Below, piece after piece: positions 38,801-50,177 of a stretch of 64,000 nucleotides of DNA (its first letter is position 1; every line of letters begins with the position of its first letter). A program made the position numbers and the translations under genes. The stretch comes from Narcine bancroftii (Eukaryota): assembly GCF_036971445.1 (NCBI RefSeq), contig NC_091480.1:61878001-61942000 (forward strand), read 5' to 3'. The notes under the pieces are model-generated. The model was not told where the DNA came from. It saw nothing but the letters and a program-made list of their open reading frames with translations, and ran no database searches.

Positions 38801-41800
38801 AAGCAAATCACATATAATCCAACGGAGATTAATGAAAACTTCAGAGAATTCTACGAACAATTATACCAAACTGAAAACGAAGGGAAAGAAGACAAAATAG
38901 ATGAATTTTTAACTAAAATTGAACTACCGAAATTACAAATAGAGGAACAAAATAAATTAACAGAACCATTTGAAATAGTAGAAATACAAGAGATAATAAA
39001 AAAAAACTGCCGAATAATAAAACACCAGGAGAGGATGGATTTCCAATAGAATTCTATAAAACATTTAAAGATTTATTAATTCCTCCCCTCCTAGAAGTAA
39101 TCAACCAGATTGATAAAACACAAAGCTTACCAGATTCATGCAAAACAGCAATAATTACAGTAATACCAAAGACAGGGAAAGATCCACTCGCACCAGCGTC
39201 ATATAGACCAATATCTTTACTTAACACAGATTATAAGATAATAGCTAAACTATTAGCAAACAGATTAGCCGACTATGTACCAAAAATAGTAAATCTAGAC
39301 CAAACTGGATTTATTAAAAAAAGATGAACAACAGACAATATTTGTAAATTTATTAACTTAATTCATGCAGTAGAAGGAAATAAAGCTCCAACAGTAGCGG
39401 TGGCTTTAGATGCAGAGAAGGCCTTTGACAGAGTAGAATGGAATTATTTATTCAAAGTACTACAAAAAATTCAGTTTACCAGAGAAATATATTAATTGGA
39501 TTAAAGCATTATATAAGGGGCCATTGGCGAAAGTGACAGTAAATGGATATATATCAAAACAATTTAAATTAAGCAGATCAACAAGGCAGGGATGCCCACT
39601 ATCGCCGTTATTGTTCGTGTTAGCCATAGAACCACCAGCAGAACTGATAAGAACAGAAAATAAAATAAAAGGGATAAAAATAAAAGACAAGGAATATAAA
39701 ATCAGTTTATTTGCAGATGACGTTATAGTATACTTAACAGAACCAGAAATATCAATAAAAGAATTACATAAGAAATTGAAGGAATATGGAGAAGTATCGG
39801 GATACAAGATTAACGCAAATAAAAGTGAAGCAATGCCAATGAATAATGCAGATTTCTCAAAATTTAAGAAAGAATCACCATTCAGATGGCAAATGCAAGC
39901 AATACGATACCTAGGTATACAAATAAATAAAAACCTCGGCCATCTATATAAACTCAATTATTACAAAAATTACAGGACGACTTAGAGCATTGGAAAGACT
40001 TACCACTAACACTAATAGGAAGGATAAACTGTATTAAAATGAACATTTTCCCAAGGATACAATACTTATTTCAGGCATTGCCAATACACTTGACAGAGAA
40101 ATTCTTCAAGGAATTAAAGAAAATAAAAAGGAAATTTTTATGGAAAGGGGGGAAACCGAGGATATCACTAGATAAATTAACAGAATGGTATAAACAAGGA
40201 GGCTTACAACTGCCAAACTTTAAAAATTATTATAGAGCCGCACAATTAAGATACCTATCAGATTTTTATCAAACAAGGGAAAAGCCAGATTGGACTAGAT
40301 TAGAACTAGATAAAATAGGGGAGAAGATACCCGAACATATATTATATAAATGGGATGAAAAATTGGTGCAACGTAAGAATTCTCCAGTATTACATCATCT
40401 GCTCAATATTTGGAAGAAGATTCATGTAGAAAGGAATAAAACAAATTACCAACTACCAAAACTACTACTGACGCAAAATCAGCTAATCCCTTTTACAATA
40501 GATAACCTTTCCTTTAGAGAAGGGGAGAAAAAAGGGATCAAAAGAATAGAAAATTGCTTTTCAGGAAATAAATTATTATCCTTTGAACAAATGAAGGATA
40601 AATATAATATCACTCACGATACAGTGTTGGCATTCTACCAACTGAAATCCTACTTGAAGGACAAATTGGGAAGCAGTCTGAGGTTACCAGAGGGAAGTAA
40701 TTTTGAATATGTGATTACAGACACAATGATAATCAAAAAATTTATAACAAACATGTATATTAAACTGCAAGAAAAGGAGAACGAGGAAACCAATGGTAAA
40801 ACTAAACAAAAATGGGAACAAGATCTAAACATAAAGATAAAGAAGGAAACATGGGAGAAGTTATGCTCAGGAACTATGAGAAATACAATAAATACGAGGT
40901 TACGTATGATACAATATAACTGGATACATAGGCTATATATTACACCTCAAAAGTTAAATAAATGGGACCCAACAGTATCTGACAGATGTTTTCACTGTAA
41001 AAAGGAAATGGGAACAACAGTTCATGCAATCTGGACATGTGAGGAAGTGCAAAAATTTTGGGAAGATCTAAACCAGATATTAAATAAAATCACAGAAAGC
41101 AATATACCAAAAAACCCAGAGATCTTCCTCCTAAGTAACATAAAAAACAAAGAATTTAGACTTGATTTGGATGGTGCACAAAAAAGATTTGTTAGGATAG
41201 CCCTAGCTGTAGCAACAAAATGTATTATGTCAGCCTGGAAATTAGAAGATAACTTGAGAATACAACAATATAGAAATTAATAAATGTATTCCATTAGAAA
41301 AAATAACATATAATTTAAGAAATAATATTACAATATTATTGTAATATTACCAAAGTTCCTCAACATGATTATCCAACTGCACGAAAACCAACAAGGTCGG
41401 GTCAGATACAGCAATGAGCTCTCTGAACCCTTCTCCATTAACAATGGCGTGAAGCAAGGCTGTGTTCTCGCACCAACCCTCTTTTCAATCTTCTTCAGCA
41501 TGATGCTGAACCAAGCCATGAAAGACCCCAACAATGAAGACGCTGTTTACATCCGGTACCGCACGGATGGCAGTCTCTTCAATCTGAGGCGCCTGCAAGC
41601 TCACACCAAGACACAAGAGAAACTTGTCCGTGAACTACTCTTTGCAGATGATGCCGCTTTAGTTGCCCATTCAGAGCCAGCTCTTCAGTGCTTGACGTCC
41701 TGCTTTGCGGAAACTGCCAAAATGTTTGGCCTGGAAGTCAGCCTGAAGAAAACTGAGGTCCTCCATCAGCCAGCTCCCCACCATGACTACCAGCCCCCCC

Positions 41801-42977
41801 ACATCTCCATCGGGCACACAAAACTCAAAACGGTCAACCAGTTTACCTATCTCGGCTGCACCATTTCATCAGATGCAAGGATCGACAATGAGATAGACAA
41901 CAGACTCGCCAAGGCAAATAGCGCCTTTGGAAGACTACACAAAAGAGTCTGGAAAAACAACCAACTGAAAAACCTCACAAAGATAAGCGTATACAGAGCC
42001 GTTGTCATACCCACACTCCTGTTCGGCTCCGAATCATGGGTCCTCTACCGGCACCACCTACGGCTCCTAGAACGCTTCCACCAGCGTTGTCTCTGCTCCA
42101 TCCTCAACATCCATTGGAGCGCTTACACCCCTAACGTCGAAGTACTCGAGATGGCAGAGGTCGACAGCATCGAGTCCACGCTGCTGAAGATCCAGCTGTG
42201 CTGGATGGGTCACGTCTCCAGAATGGAGGACCATCGCCTTCCCAAGATCGTGTTATATGGCGAGCTCTCCACTGGCCACCGTGACAGAGGTGCACCAAAG
42301 AAAAGGTACAAGGACTGCCTAAAGAAATCTCTTGGTGCCTGCCACATTGACCACCGCCAGTGGGCTGATAACGCCTCAAACCGTGCATCTTGGCGCCTCA
42401 CAGTTTGGCGGGCAGCAACCTCCTTTGAAGAAGACCGCAGAGCCCACCTCACTGACAAAAGGCAAAGGAGGAAAAACCCAACACCCAACCCCAACCAACC
42501 AATTTTCCCTTGCAACCACTGCAATCGTGTCTGCCTGTCCCGCATCGGACTTGTCAGCCACAAACGAGCCTGCAGCTGACGTGGACTTTTTACCCCCTCC
42601 ATAAATCTTCGTCCGCGAAGCCAAGCCAAAGAAGAAGAAGAAGATTACAATATTTGAACAAATATGGGAGCCATACATGAAACACAATAGAGAAAACCTA
42701 CTGGGGACATCTACCACCTAAAATGACAGAAGGAGAAGGGAATGAAAAGAATTGACTCAGTGGAAATTCTTGTTTGTTTTTATTGAGTGACAACATTGTT
42801 TGACGGGTTTAATGTATCTTAGATTATGAACTTTAAATGAATGGGAGGGAAGGTAGGGAGGGTGGGATGGGAAGAGGGAGGGTGGGAGAAAACGACACTG
42901 TATATATTTGAAAAGGAAAATGTATGTATCTTGATCAATGTGGTTTATAGTGTGAAAAATAAAAAAATTTTTAAAAA
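35813..42977 (+). mobile_element. Full-length L1 (L1-E, same family as L1-D) inside Gypsy integrase; ORF1 ~35946-37156, ORF2 37668-~42720, disrupted
   Basis: TSD AAGCAGGACCA(A/C)CAGC at 35797-35812 and 42978-42993; ORF1 ENYNRRNNIKIVGL / ERAHR; ORF2 motifs. Confidence 0.95.
41350..42643 (+). mobile_element. 5'-truncated RTE-clade LINE with an open 404-aa RT C-terminal frame (41365-42579)
   Basis: GVKQGCVLAPTLF, LLFADD, FTYLG, WMGHVSRM, terminal C2H2-like CNHCNR..SHKRAC; (GAA)n tail; TSD ATTACAATATT (41327-41337, 42644-42654). Confidence 0.93.
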
Positions 42978-45356
42978 AAGCAGGACCACCAGCTATAACC
43001 GATGCGGTAATGGGAAAGTCGAAAGAGAGAATGCCCTCCAGTCCAAAGGTCTCCCCACCTCTCACTGCCAGGATGTGCTCACTAATGTCCTACACTCCAT
43101 CCACTCCCTCCTATGCACCGCGACCAATGCCACCCCCTAAGAAAGGATGTTCTCTTTCCTGAGGAAATCCAAGTCGCGTACAACCATACCGGCTTGGCTC
43201 ACATTTCCCTGTCCAGTCCTTTTACGATGCCACATCTGGTACTCTAAGAATGACCCCTTGGTTGACCGAGTGACTCTGCTCCATGCGAACCCACATTATG
43301 CCTACGTTGAGTACCCGGACGGACGGGAGGACACAGTCTCGGTAAGTGACCTAGCCCAAGCTGAATCAAGCACAGCAGTGACTTTAACCCAACCTCCCCC
43401 TATTCCTTCTCCCCCAAGTCATGTGCTTGAACAGAGGGACGAACACCACCCCACCAGCTTAGGCCAGTCTGTTGACAATGCCATTGGGGAATTGAGCGAA
43501 GCAGTGGCTGCACTCTACGGGCCTGCTGGCGACCCCAATCCCGGCGACATGACAGTCACACTGGATGGCCAGATCCCCTGACTGGTACAGCCCCTAACCT
43601 CCATTCACCCTGGGGTCAGTTCTCAAAGAAGGGGTGAATGTGATAGTACAGATTCTATCACCAATGTGTATATGTACATATGTACAGATGGTAGTGTAGG
43701 ATGACTGTGATTGGCTGAGAGTGTAGCCACACTCCAAAAGATTGCTCCTAGCCAGACCAGGTCATTCTGGACTGGTCGACCTACTTGTGATATGCTCCAT
43801 TCTTTTAGTTAATAAAAGCCTTGATTTGGATCAACAAGTCTTTGGTTCTTTTGACACACATTACACTTGGTCAATGCATATTGGCAGCAACCCAAACATC
43901 CAATCAATGGTGGTTGCACTTGATGCAGAAAAAGCTTTCGATAGGATCGAATGGGATTATTTAAGGTTTTGGAAATGTTTAAATTTGGCCCTTTTTTTAT
44001 TGGTTGGGTTAAAGTTTTATATACAAACCTGACTGCTTGGGTGGTGACAAATGGACAAGTTTCATCATCGTTTAAATTGACACGCTCTACCCGACAAGGT
44101 TGTCCATTGTCACCAGCTCCATTTGCATTGGTTATTGAACCGTTAGCTCAATTATTAAGGCAAAATGAACAGATACAAGGGATGAGAGTTATGGATGAAG
44201 AGTATAAGATTAATCTATTTGCAGATGATGTTTTGATATATTTAACAAACCCAGAACAATCTTTGCCATATTTATGGGAATGTTTATTACAATACAGATC
44301 ATTATCTGGATATAAAGTTAATTGGAATAAAAGTCCAATTTTACCAGTTGGTGAAGGAGATTATTCAGTATATAAAATGTCATTAATTTGAAATGGTCAG
44401 ATAAAATTAAATATTTAGGAATAATTGTGAATATTGAGTATCAATCTTTATATAAATTATGTTCCATTGTTGAAAAAGATTAAAGCAGACTTAATTAAGT
44501 GGAAGGACCTTCCGTTAACTCTAATTGGTCGGGTTAACTGCATTAAAATGAATATCTTTCCACTTATTCAATATTTGTTCCAATCAATACCAGGTTTTCT
44601 TACAAATAAATTTTTTCAGGACTTAAATATTTAAGTCGCTAGGGAATTTTTATGAAAAGGTAAACTACCAAGGGTAGCATTAAGTTAACTTACTTGGAAG
44701 TATGCATTAGGTGGATTACAATTACCTCATTTTCAGAACTATTATGAAGCAGCCCAGTTCAAATTTATTAGTGGTTTGATGGATTTGGATCGGCCTCCAA
44801 GTTGGGCTAAAGTTGAGATGGTCTGTATTTCTGAAATTGCAATACATCAATTTATATTTTGGTGGAATATAAATTTGTTACAGGAGTATAATATGCCAAT
44901 ATTAAAACATTTATTGATGTTATGGACAAAAAGATTAGGATCAAAAGGTAAATTGTCTATTTTAACACCATTATATAATAATCAGCTTATTCCTTTTTCA
45001 ATATTTAATAGTTATTTAAAGAGTTGGGATTCTAAGGGTATAAAAACATTACAGGATTGCTTTGTAGAAAGACAGTTTCTTTCTTTTAATCAATTGAAAG
45101 AACGTTTTGGTTTCGCGGAAATTTATTTATTTATTATCAAATTTGATCTTCGGTGAAAAATATGTATGGTAGAGAGATTATTTTATCTGCATTATTGGAA
45201 TTTGAGTCTGATTTCCTCTCTACCATAAAAGGGCTATATTCCTGTTATGTATCAAGTATTACAAGACAATATGGATAAACCGGAATGGGAGAAATCTAAA
45301 TTTAAATGGGAAAATTACAACTTTTATTTTTCCTGAAGAATATTGGACAGATATGG

Positions 45357-45935
45357 GAGGAGTCACGTGATGGAGTAGTGGCTGGTAGGGGAACTCCAGC
45401 CCTCTCCAGAAAAGTAAAAAAGATATAGAGAAAAAACAAAGGCACAAACATAAAAATCATAACAAAGTGAAAGTAAAAGTGTGGAGAAAATGGCAGCGAA
45501 GAAAGAAAAACCAAAAACAACGGTAAGAAAAGAAGGAAGGACGTCGGAGGAGGAAAGTGAAGGCCTTACCAGTACGAGGAGGCCCGCCGTGGAGAGAGAA
45601 GCCCGCTCCCTGAAGTCAGTCGAAGCCCCGAACTCAGGACTACAAAAATGGCTCACGGAGCCAAACAAAAGTGCGCAACTGTGCATGCGCGATGCGCAAG
45701 ACAAAAATAACACTGATGGGAGGGGGGACCAGCTGAGGAGTAAATCTCCACAGCTGAAACAGGCAAGTACAACACAACAGCAAGAGGAAAACATAGAAAA
45801 TAACGAGAACAAGAAGGAAGAGAATAAAAATAAGAAATCAAAGAAACAACAGATGACCCACCCAGAGGAAGAAGACCAACATCAAGACATTTCTAATAAA
45901 AATAAGAAGACCAAAATACCCAACAAAATAAAACA
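45357..45935 (+). mobile_element. 5'-end-only fragment of the L1-E family
   Basis: Starts GAGGAGTCACGTGATGGAG like 35813 and covers the 5'UTR and ORF1 start only; ends in A-rich sequence; no TSD seen. Confidence 0.85.
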
Positions 45936-48602
45936 AATGTGGTTTCAGTGATTCAGATTCCTATTTTAGATGTGGTACGTGTTGGAACTTTTTTTGCATG
46001 CTGTTTGGTCCTGTGTGTATGTATAACCATTTTGGAAAAATTGTATAAGTTTAAGTTACCATTAGATCCATCCATTTTTTTATTGGGTTATGTGATTCCT
46101 TTAAAGGGATTGAGGTTGGATAATTTTCAAATTGCTTTTGTATATTTAGCATTGTCCATAGCTCGAAAATGTGTAGCAAGTACATGGAAAGAAAATACAG
46201 TGATTAACATAATGTGATGGCATAATGAAAATTTGTATTAATATGGAAAAAAATTACATACACTTTGCATGCTAATTATTCTTTTTTTTGTTGATGAATG
46301 GTTACCATATTTGGACTATATGCATTTAGATGTACTTTGATTTATTATATTTTTAATTTCTGTTTATATATTTTTTGGCTCTCCTTAAGAGAGCTCCCCT
46401 TCTAATTCTAAGTGCACGTGTATGTAATGTGTGTGTAAGTTCAGAAAAGTTCTTTGGTTCACAGTCCAATCTCACTTCTCATTCCTCCAAGTTCACTGGT
46501 TGCAGGCAATTATTATACTGTGCACAGAATTTAACATTTATAAAGTTCACCAGGCTTTGGTGTTAGAAAGGTAAATGGTTACTGCTCAGGAAGGTTCTTG
46601 TCATATTTCAGAGAAAGATTTGTTGTTCCAGGACATCCACAACTGATGTACTTCCATCATTCACTTCAGTGTATTGCTGATGAAACCTGCCCCCTCAGGC
46701 TTCTCCAGATGATAACTTCTTTCTTTCAGGTCACCATAGAGTGCCTTTTTGTATCCCTTATTCCAAGTGAAACATTAGACAGCCAGTCCTCTCCTCTTGC
46801 ATGAACCACAATGGCTTTGACCAGGCCGTCTTCCAAAAGGTTTTACACAAGCTTGCCCACTTGTCCTGTTCCAGTCCCAACTGCTTCTGCTGGCTGTAAA
46901 TCTGTAGAATGATCTCTGACTCTCTCTCTCTTAGAGAAAGCCTGTTTGACTCTCTGCTTGCAAAACCACTTAGAACAACAGGTTCTCTTCCAGACAATCT
47001 GCGGTTCCAATAAGATCTTTCATCTGTTGCCTTTTGTTAACAACCCATTAGTGAAGTCTCTTGGACACTCTCCAAAGCTCTTGCAAAAGCTTTGATCCCC
47101 CGACATGTCTAGCATTAGCAGAACTTCAGTATTTCTAACAAGATCTGTTTTAAAGTGTTTGTATGTGACCTACTCTAACAAACTTTTTCCGATTTATCTC
47201 CCAAAAACATTTCTATATACTGTCACACAAAAAAAATACTAAAGGATCAAATGAAATTTTCAATTTAAAAATAACTTCTAAAACTTCCTTAAATCTATTC
47301 CAAAAATGTTTCACCGTCTCACATAGCCAAGTAGAATGTAAAAAAGAACCAACTTCCTTACGACATCTAAAACATAAATCCAAAGAAATAAACTTATAGT
47401 GAACCAATCGGTACGTTGCATGTACAATTTTAGTCATAGTATCTGCACATAACTTCATTCAATCATCCTGAGAAATAGATATAGACAAATCTTTTTCCCA
47501 TTTTAATCTAGATTTATAAACATCCAGCTTAAGCATTTTATTCTATAATAAAGCAAACATCTCAGATATAAATCCTTTTTTTTGCCACCATCAGTAAGTA
47601 AAATTTCAAATTTAGACTGTCTAGGTAACTTAATGTATGCCCAAAATTATCCAATAAGGCTTTATTGATAAGAATAAAAAAACTATTCGAAGATATGTCA
47701 TATTTCTCTTTCATTCTTTGAAATGAAGTAAAATATCCAGTTTCATAACAATCTTCTACTAATCTAATTCTTTCTGATCCCACAACTTTTGAAAGAGGTT
47801 TTACCCAAAATTTTACCTTGAGTACCTATAATTTCATTTTTTTAACTCCATAAATCCATTAAATGTTTCAACACAGGTAAATTATAATTACTTAATTGAG
47901 AGTTCCATCCATAAATAAACTGATCCATCTTTTCACCGATCTGAGATAATTCAACATTAACCCATATCAAAGGTTTACCCATTTGCTGATTCATAATCAT
48001 TTTGAAAATTAAGTTGCACACTTCCAAGTTAATTTCTGTAAAGACTCCCTTACCATTTTATCTTTCCATCAAAACCTCACCAAAGCATTTAGATTTTTTT
48101 TTAGGTATGTTGCAAGGAATAGATTGAAAAAAACATTTATCAGATTGAATCCATGTAGACCAAGTGGGTTTTATTAAAAATCGATATTCATCAGACAATA
48201 TTGTAAAGTTGATTTCGTTAATTAATGCTTCTTGGGAGCATTAAAGGCCTTCTCTTGATGCAGAGAAGGCCTTTGATAGTGTAGAATGGAGTTTTTTTTA
48301 TTTAAAGTTTTGGAGAAATTTAACTTTGGGCCTTTTTTTAAGATTGGATTAAGGTGTTATATGAGAGTCCTACTGCTAGAATTGTGACAAATGGACACTT
48401 ATCTTCACCTTTTACATTAATTATATCAACTAGGCAAAGCTGCCCTTTGTCACCTGCTCTATTTGCATTGGTTATTGAACCTTTGGCTCAAATTAGACAA
48501 GATAGTAATATTAAAGGTATTAAGGTGAAATCTGATGAATTTAAAATAAATTTATTTGCAGATGATGTTTTGATATATTTAATATAATAGTTGGAATCTT
48601 TT

Positions 48603-49693
48603 AATGATCTATTACTTTTCGAATGGTCAGAAATCAGAATCTGACTATTAACCTGAAAAAGACCAATATCTACCGCATTTTTTATCGGTCACTCGGGCTG
48701 AGAGGTCGCGCTAGACGGGAAATTAGCCGACAGGTAGTTCCGTGCTGCAGACACGGAGTCGAATATTTGACGAGCTTGGTTCTCCGGAGAAATCCTGAGC
48801 CTCGCAGGATACAGGAGCGCAGGTTTCAGTTTCTTCTCAAAACATTCGGACATCAGATCTTTAAACAGTCTTCGAGCGCGTACCACCTCCGGACTAAAAT
48901 CTTCATAGGCTCTTAGACTAAAGCCACGAACAGTCACATTTCCAAGTCTTCTGGCTGTACGAATCAATCTATCCTTTGTACTCACGTAATGCATACGGAC
49001 CATCACCACTCTGGGTTTGGAAGCTTCAGCATTTCGGTTCCAGATACGATGTACTCTATCAAGTAGCGGTGGATCAGCAGGGAATTCGGATGGGTATGCT
49101 TCTTTTAAAAGCTCGGCAAAAAACGTCAGGAGATCTCCTTTCTCAATGCCTTCAGGAATTCCAACCAAACGAATATTTTGTCTTCTGGAACGGTTCTCTG
49201 AATCAATGCTTTTCAGCTGGAGTGCTTCTAGTTGTTTAATTGCTTTGGAAAGTTTCTGTTCGACCTCAGTCAGTCTAATCTCTTTTTGTTGAACTTCAGT
49301 TTGAAGAGCTGCAATTAAGGTATGTTGTTTTTTTGTTTCAGCTTCTGAGGCAATTAAAGCTGTACGTTCAGCTAGGTCTTTTTTGCGACAAACATCTTTG
49401 AATTCATCACGAAAGAATTTTAAAAAGTCAGTGAAGGTCATCTCACTTAGTTTAATGTCTGGTTGTTTCTTCTCTCGGCCGTTACCTTCTTCTGCCCGGG
49501 TTTTAGCTCGTGTAGCTTTTCCTTCAGTCATTTCTTCAAAATTTTCAGACTCAAGTATAATTAGAGAAATAATAAAGATCTTTCTGACTTCTGTGAAGTT
49601 AGTTCAAAGGTGGATACAGGTTAAAAATAGTATATTTTATGGAGCAAAAACCAAAACGTGTTCACTCCATGAGCGCCACCTGGAGACTCTCTG
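48603..49693 (-). mobile_element. ORF1-only L1-like insertion
   Basis: 14-bp TSD AGTTGGAATCTTTT (48589-48602, 49694-49707). Confidence 0.88.
48689..49531 (-). CDS. Intact L1-type ORF1p (280 aa; coiled coil + RRM + CTD)
   Basis: Heptad region followed by ENRSRRQNIRLVGIPEG, LDRVHR, EDFSPEV, LLYPARLRI. Confidence 0.85.
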   Translation of the reverse strand: MTEGKATRAKTRAEEGNGREKKQPDIKLSEMTFTDFLKFFRDEFKDVCRKKDLAERTALIASEAETKKQHTLIAALQTEVQQKEIRLTEVEQKLSKAIKQLEALQLKSIDSENRSRRQNIRLVGIPEGIEKGDLLTFFAELLKEAYPSEFPADPPLLDRVHRIWNRNAEASKPRVVMVRMHYVSTKDRLIRTARRLGNVTVRGFSLRAYEDFSPEVVRARRLFKDLMSECFEKKLKPALLYPARLRISPENQARQIFDSVSAARNYLSANFPSSATSQPE

Positions 49694-50142
49694 AGTTGGA
49701 ATCTTTTGAGGAATCTGCAGCAGTATGATGAAATATCAGGTTATAAAATTAACTGGGAAGAGTGAGATTATGCCTCTAGCTAAAATGGATCATTCTTTGT
49801 GTAGGAACATGGTGAAATTTAAATGGATTTAAAAGTATTTAGTTATTTAGATAGTAATTATAATAATTCATATTAATTGAATTACCTACCTTTGTCTAAA
49901 ATTAAAATGATTTGAATCAGTGGAAAGATTTACCTATAACATTAATAGGACGGGTCAACTGTATTAAAATGAATATTTTTTCAGGAACCTTGAATCTTGT
50001 TTTGTAGAGCCCCTTTTTGTGCGCCCTTGACGTTGATGATCCTCACCAAATGCTGCTAATGCCCTGTTGGGTTCCTCCAACACTTGTTCGGTTCATTTGT
50101 TTTTTTTTTAAATCAAAATTCACAACAACGTGAAAACTGCCA

Positions 50143-50177
50143 TTTATTAGAAATCAGTATAGTAATTAATATTTATT
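50143..50177 (-). terminator. TMBIM6: Two candidate TMBIM6 poly(A) signals
   Basis: AATAAA on - strand at 50172-50177 and 50143-50148, ~550 nt after the stop. Confidence 0.65.

Larger units (their letters stand above)
28052..43865 (+). mobile_element. Gypsy LTR provirus; LTRs 28052-28290 and 43639-43865
   Basis: TG..CA LTR pair, TSD CTTGG (28047-28051, 43866-43870), PPT AAAGAAGGGGTGAA. Gag with CYFCG knuckle, protease LFDSGS, RT, RNase H, integrase HPG..CPVC; disrupted. Confidence 0.95.
24318..46394 (+). mobile_element. Old near-full-length L1 (L1-C): ORF1 ~24561-26064; ORF2 26340-28051, 43871-45357, ~45935-46340; 3' tail inverted at 24318-~24450
   Basis: Endonuclease (LQETH, GGDFN, SDH), RT (LDAEKAFD, TRQGCPLS, LFADD) and CFRC-like remnants with many frameshifts. 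Confidence 0.88.
24179..47227. mobile_element. ~1-kb solo-LTR-like element split into 24179-~24317 and ~46395-47227
   Basis: Non-coding, TGTTA...TCACA termini, interrupts L1-A ORF2 at FDPLVFFL|; no convincing TSD seen. Confidence 0.6.
23711..49982 (-). mobile_element. Outermost L1 (L1-A), 5'-inverted; pieces 23711-24178 (-), 47228-~48137 (-), ~48137-48602 and 49708-49982 (+)
   Basis: 16-bp TSD AGGAACCTTGAATCTT at 23695-23710 and 49983-49998; ORF2 remnants are continuous across the nested inserts. Confidence 0.85.

Noticed and set aside
24171..47235. TSD for the solo-LTR-like element
   Set aside because: Flanks CCAGC and CAAAA do not match convincingly.
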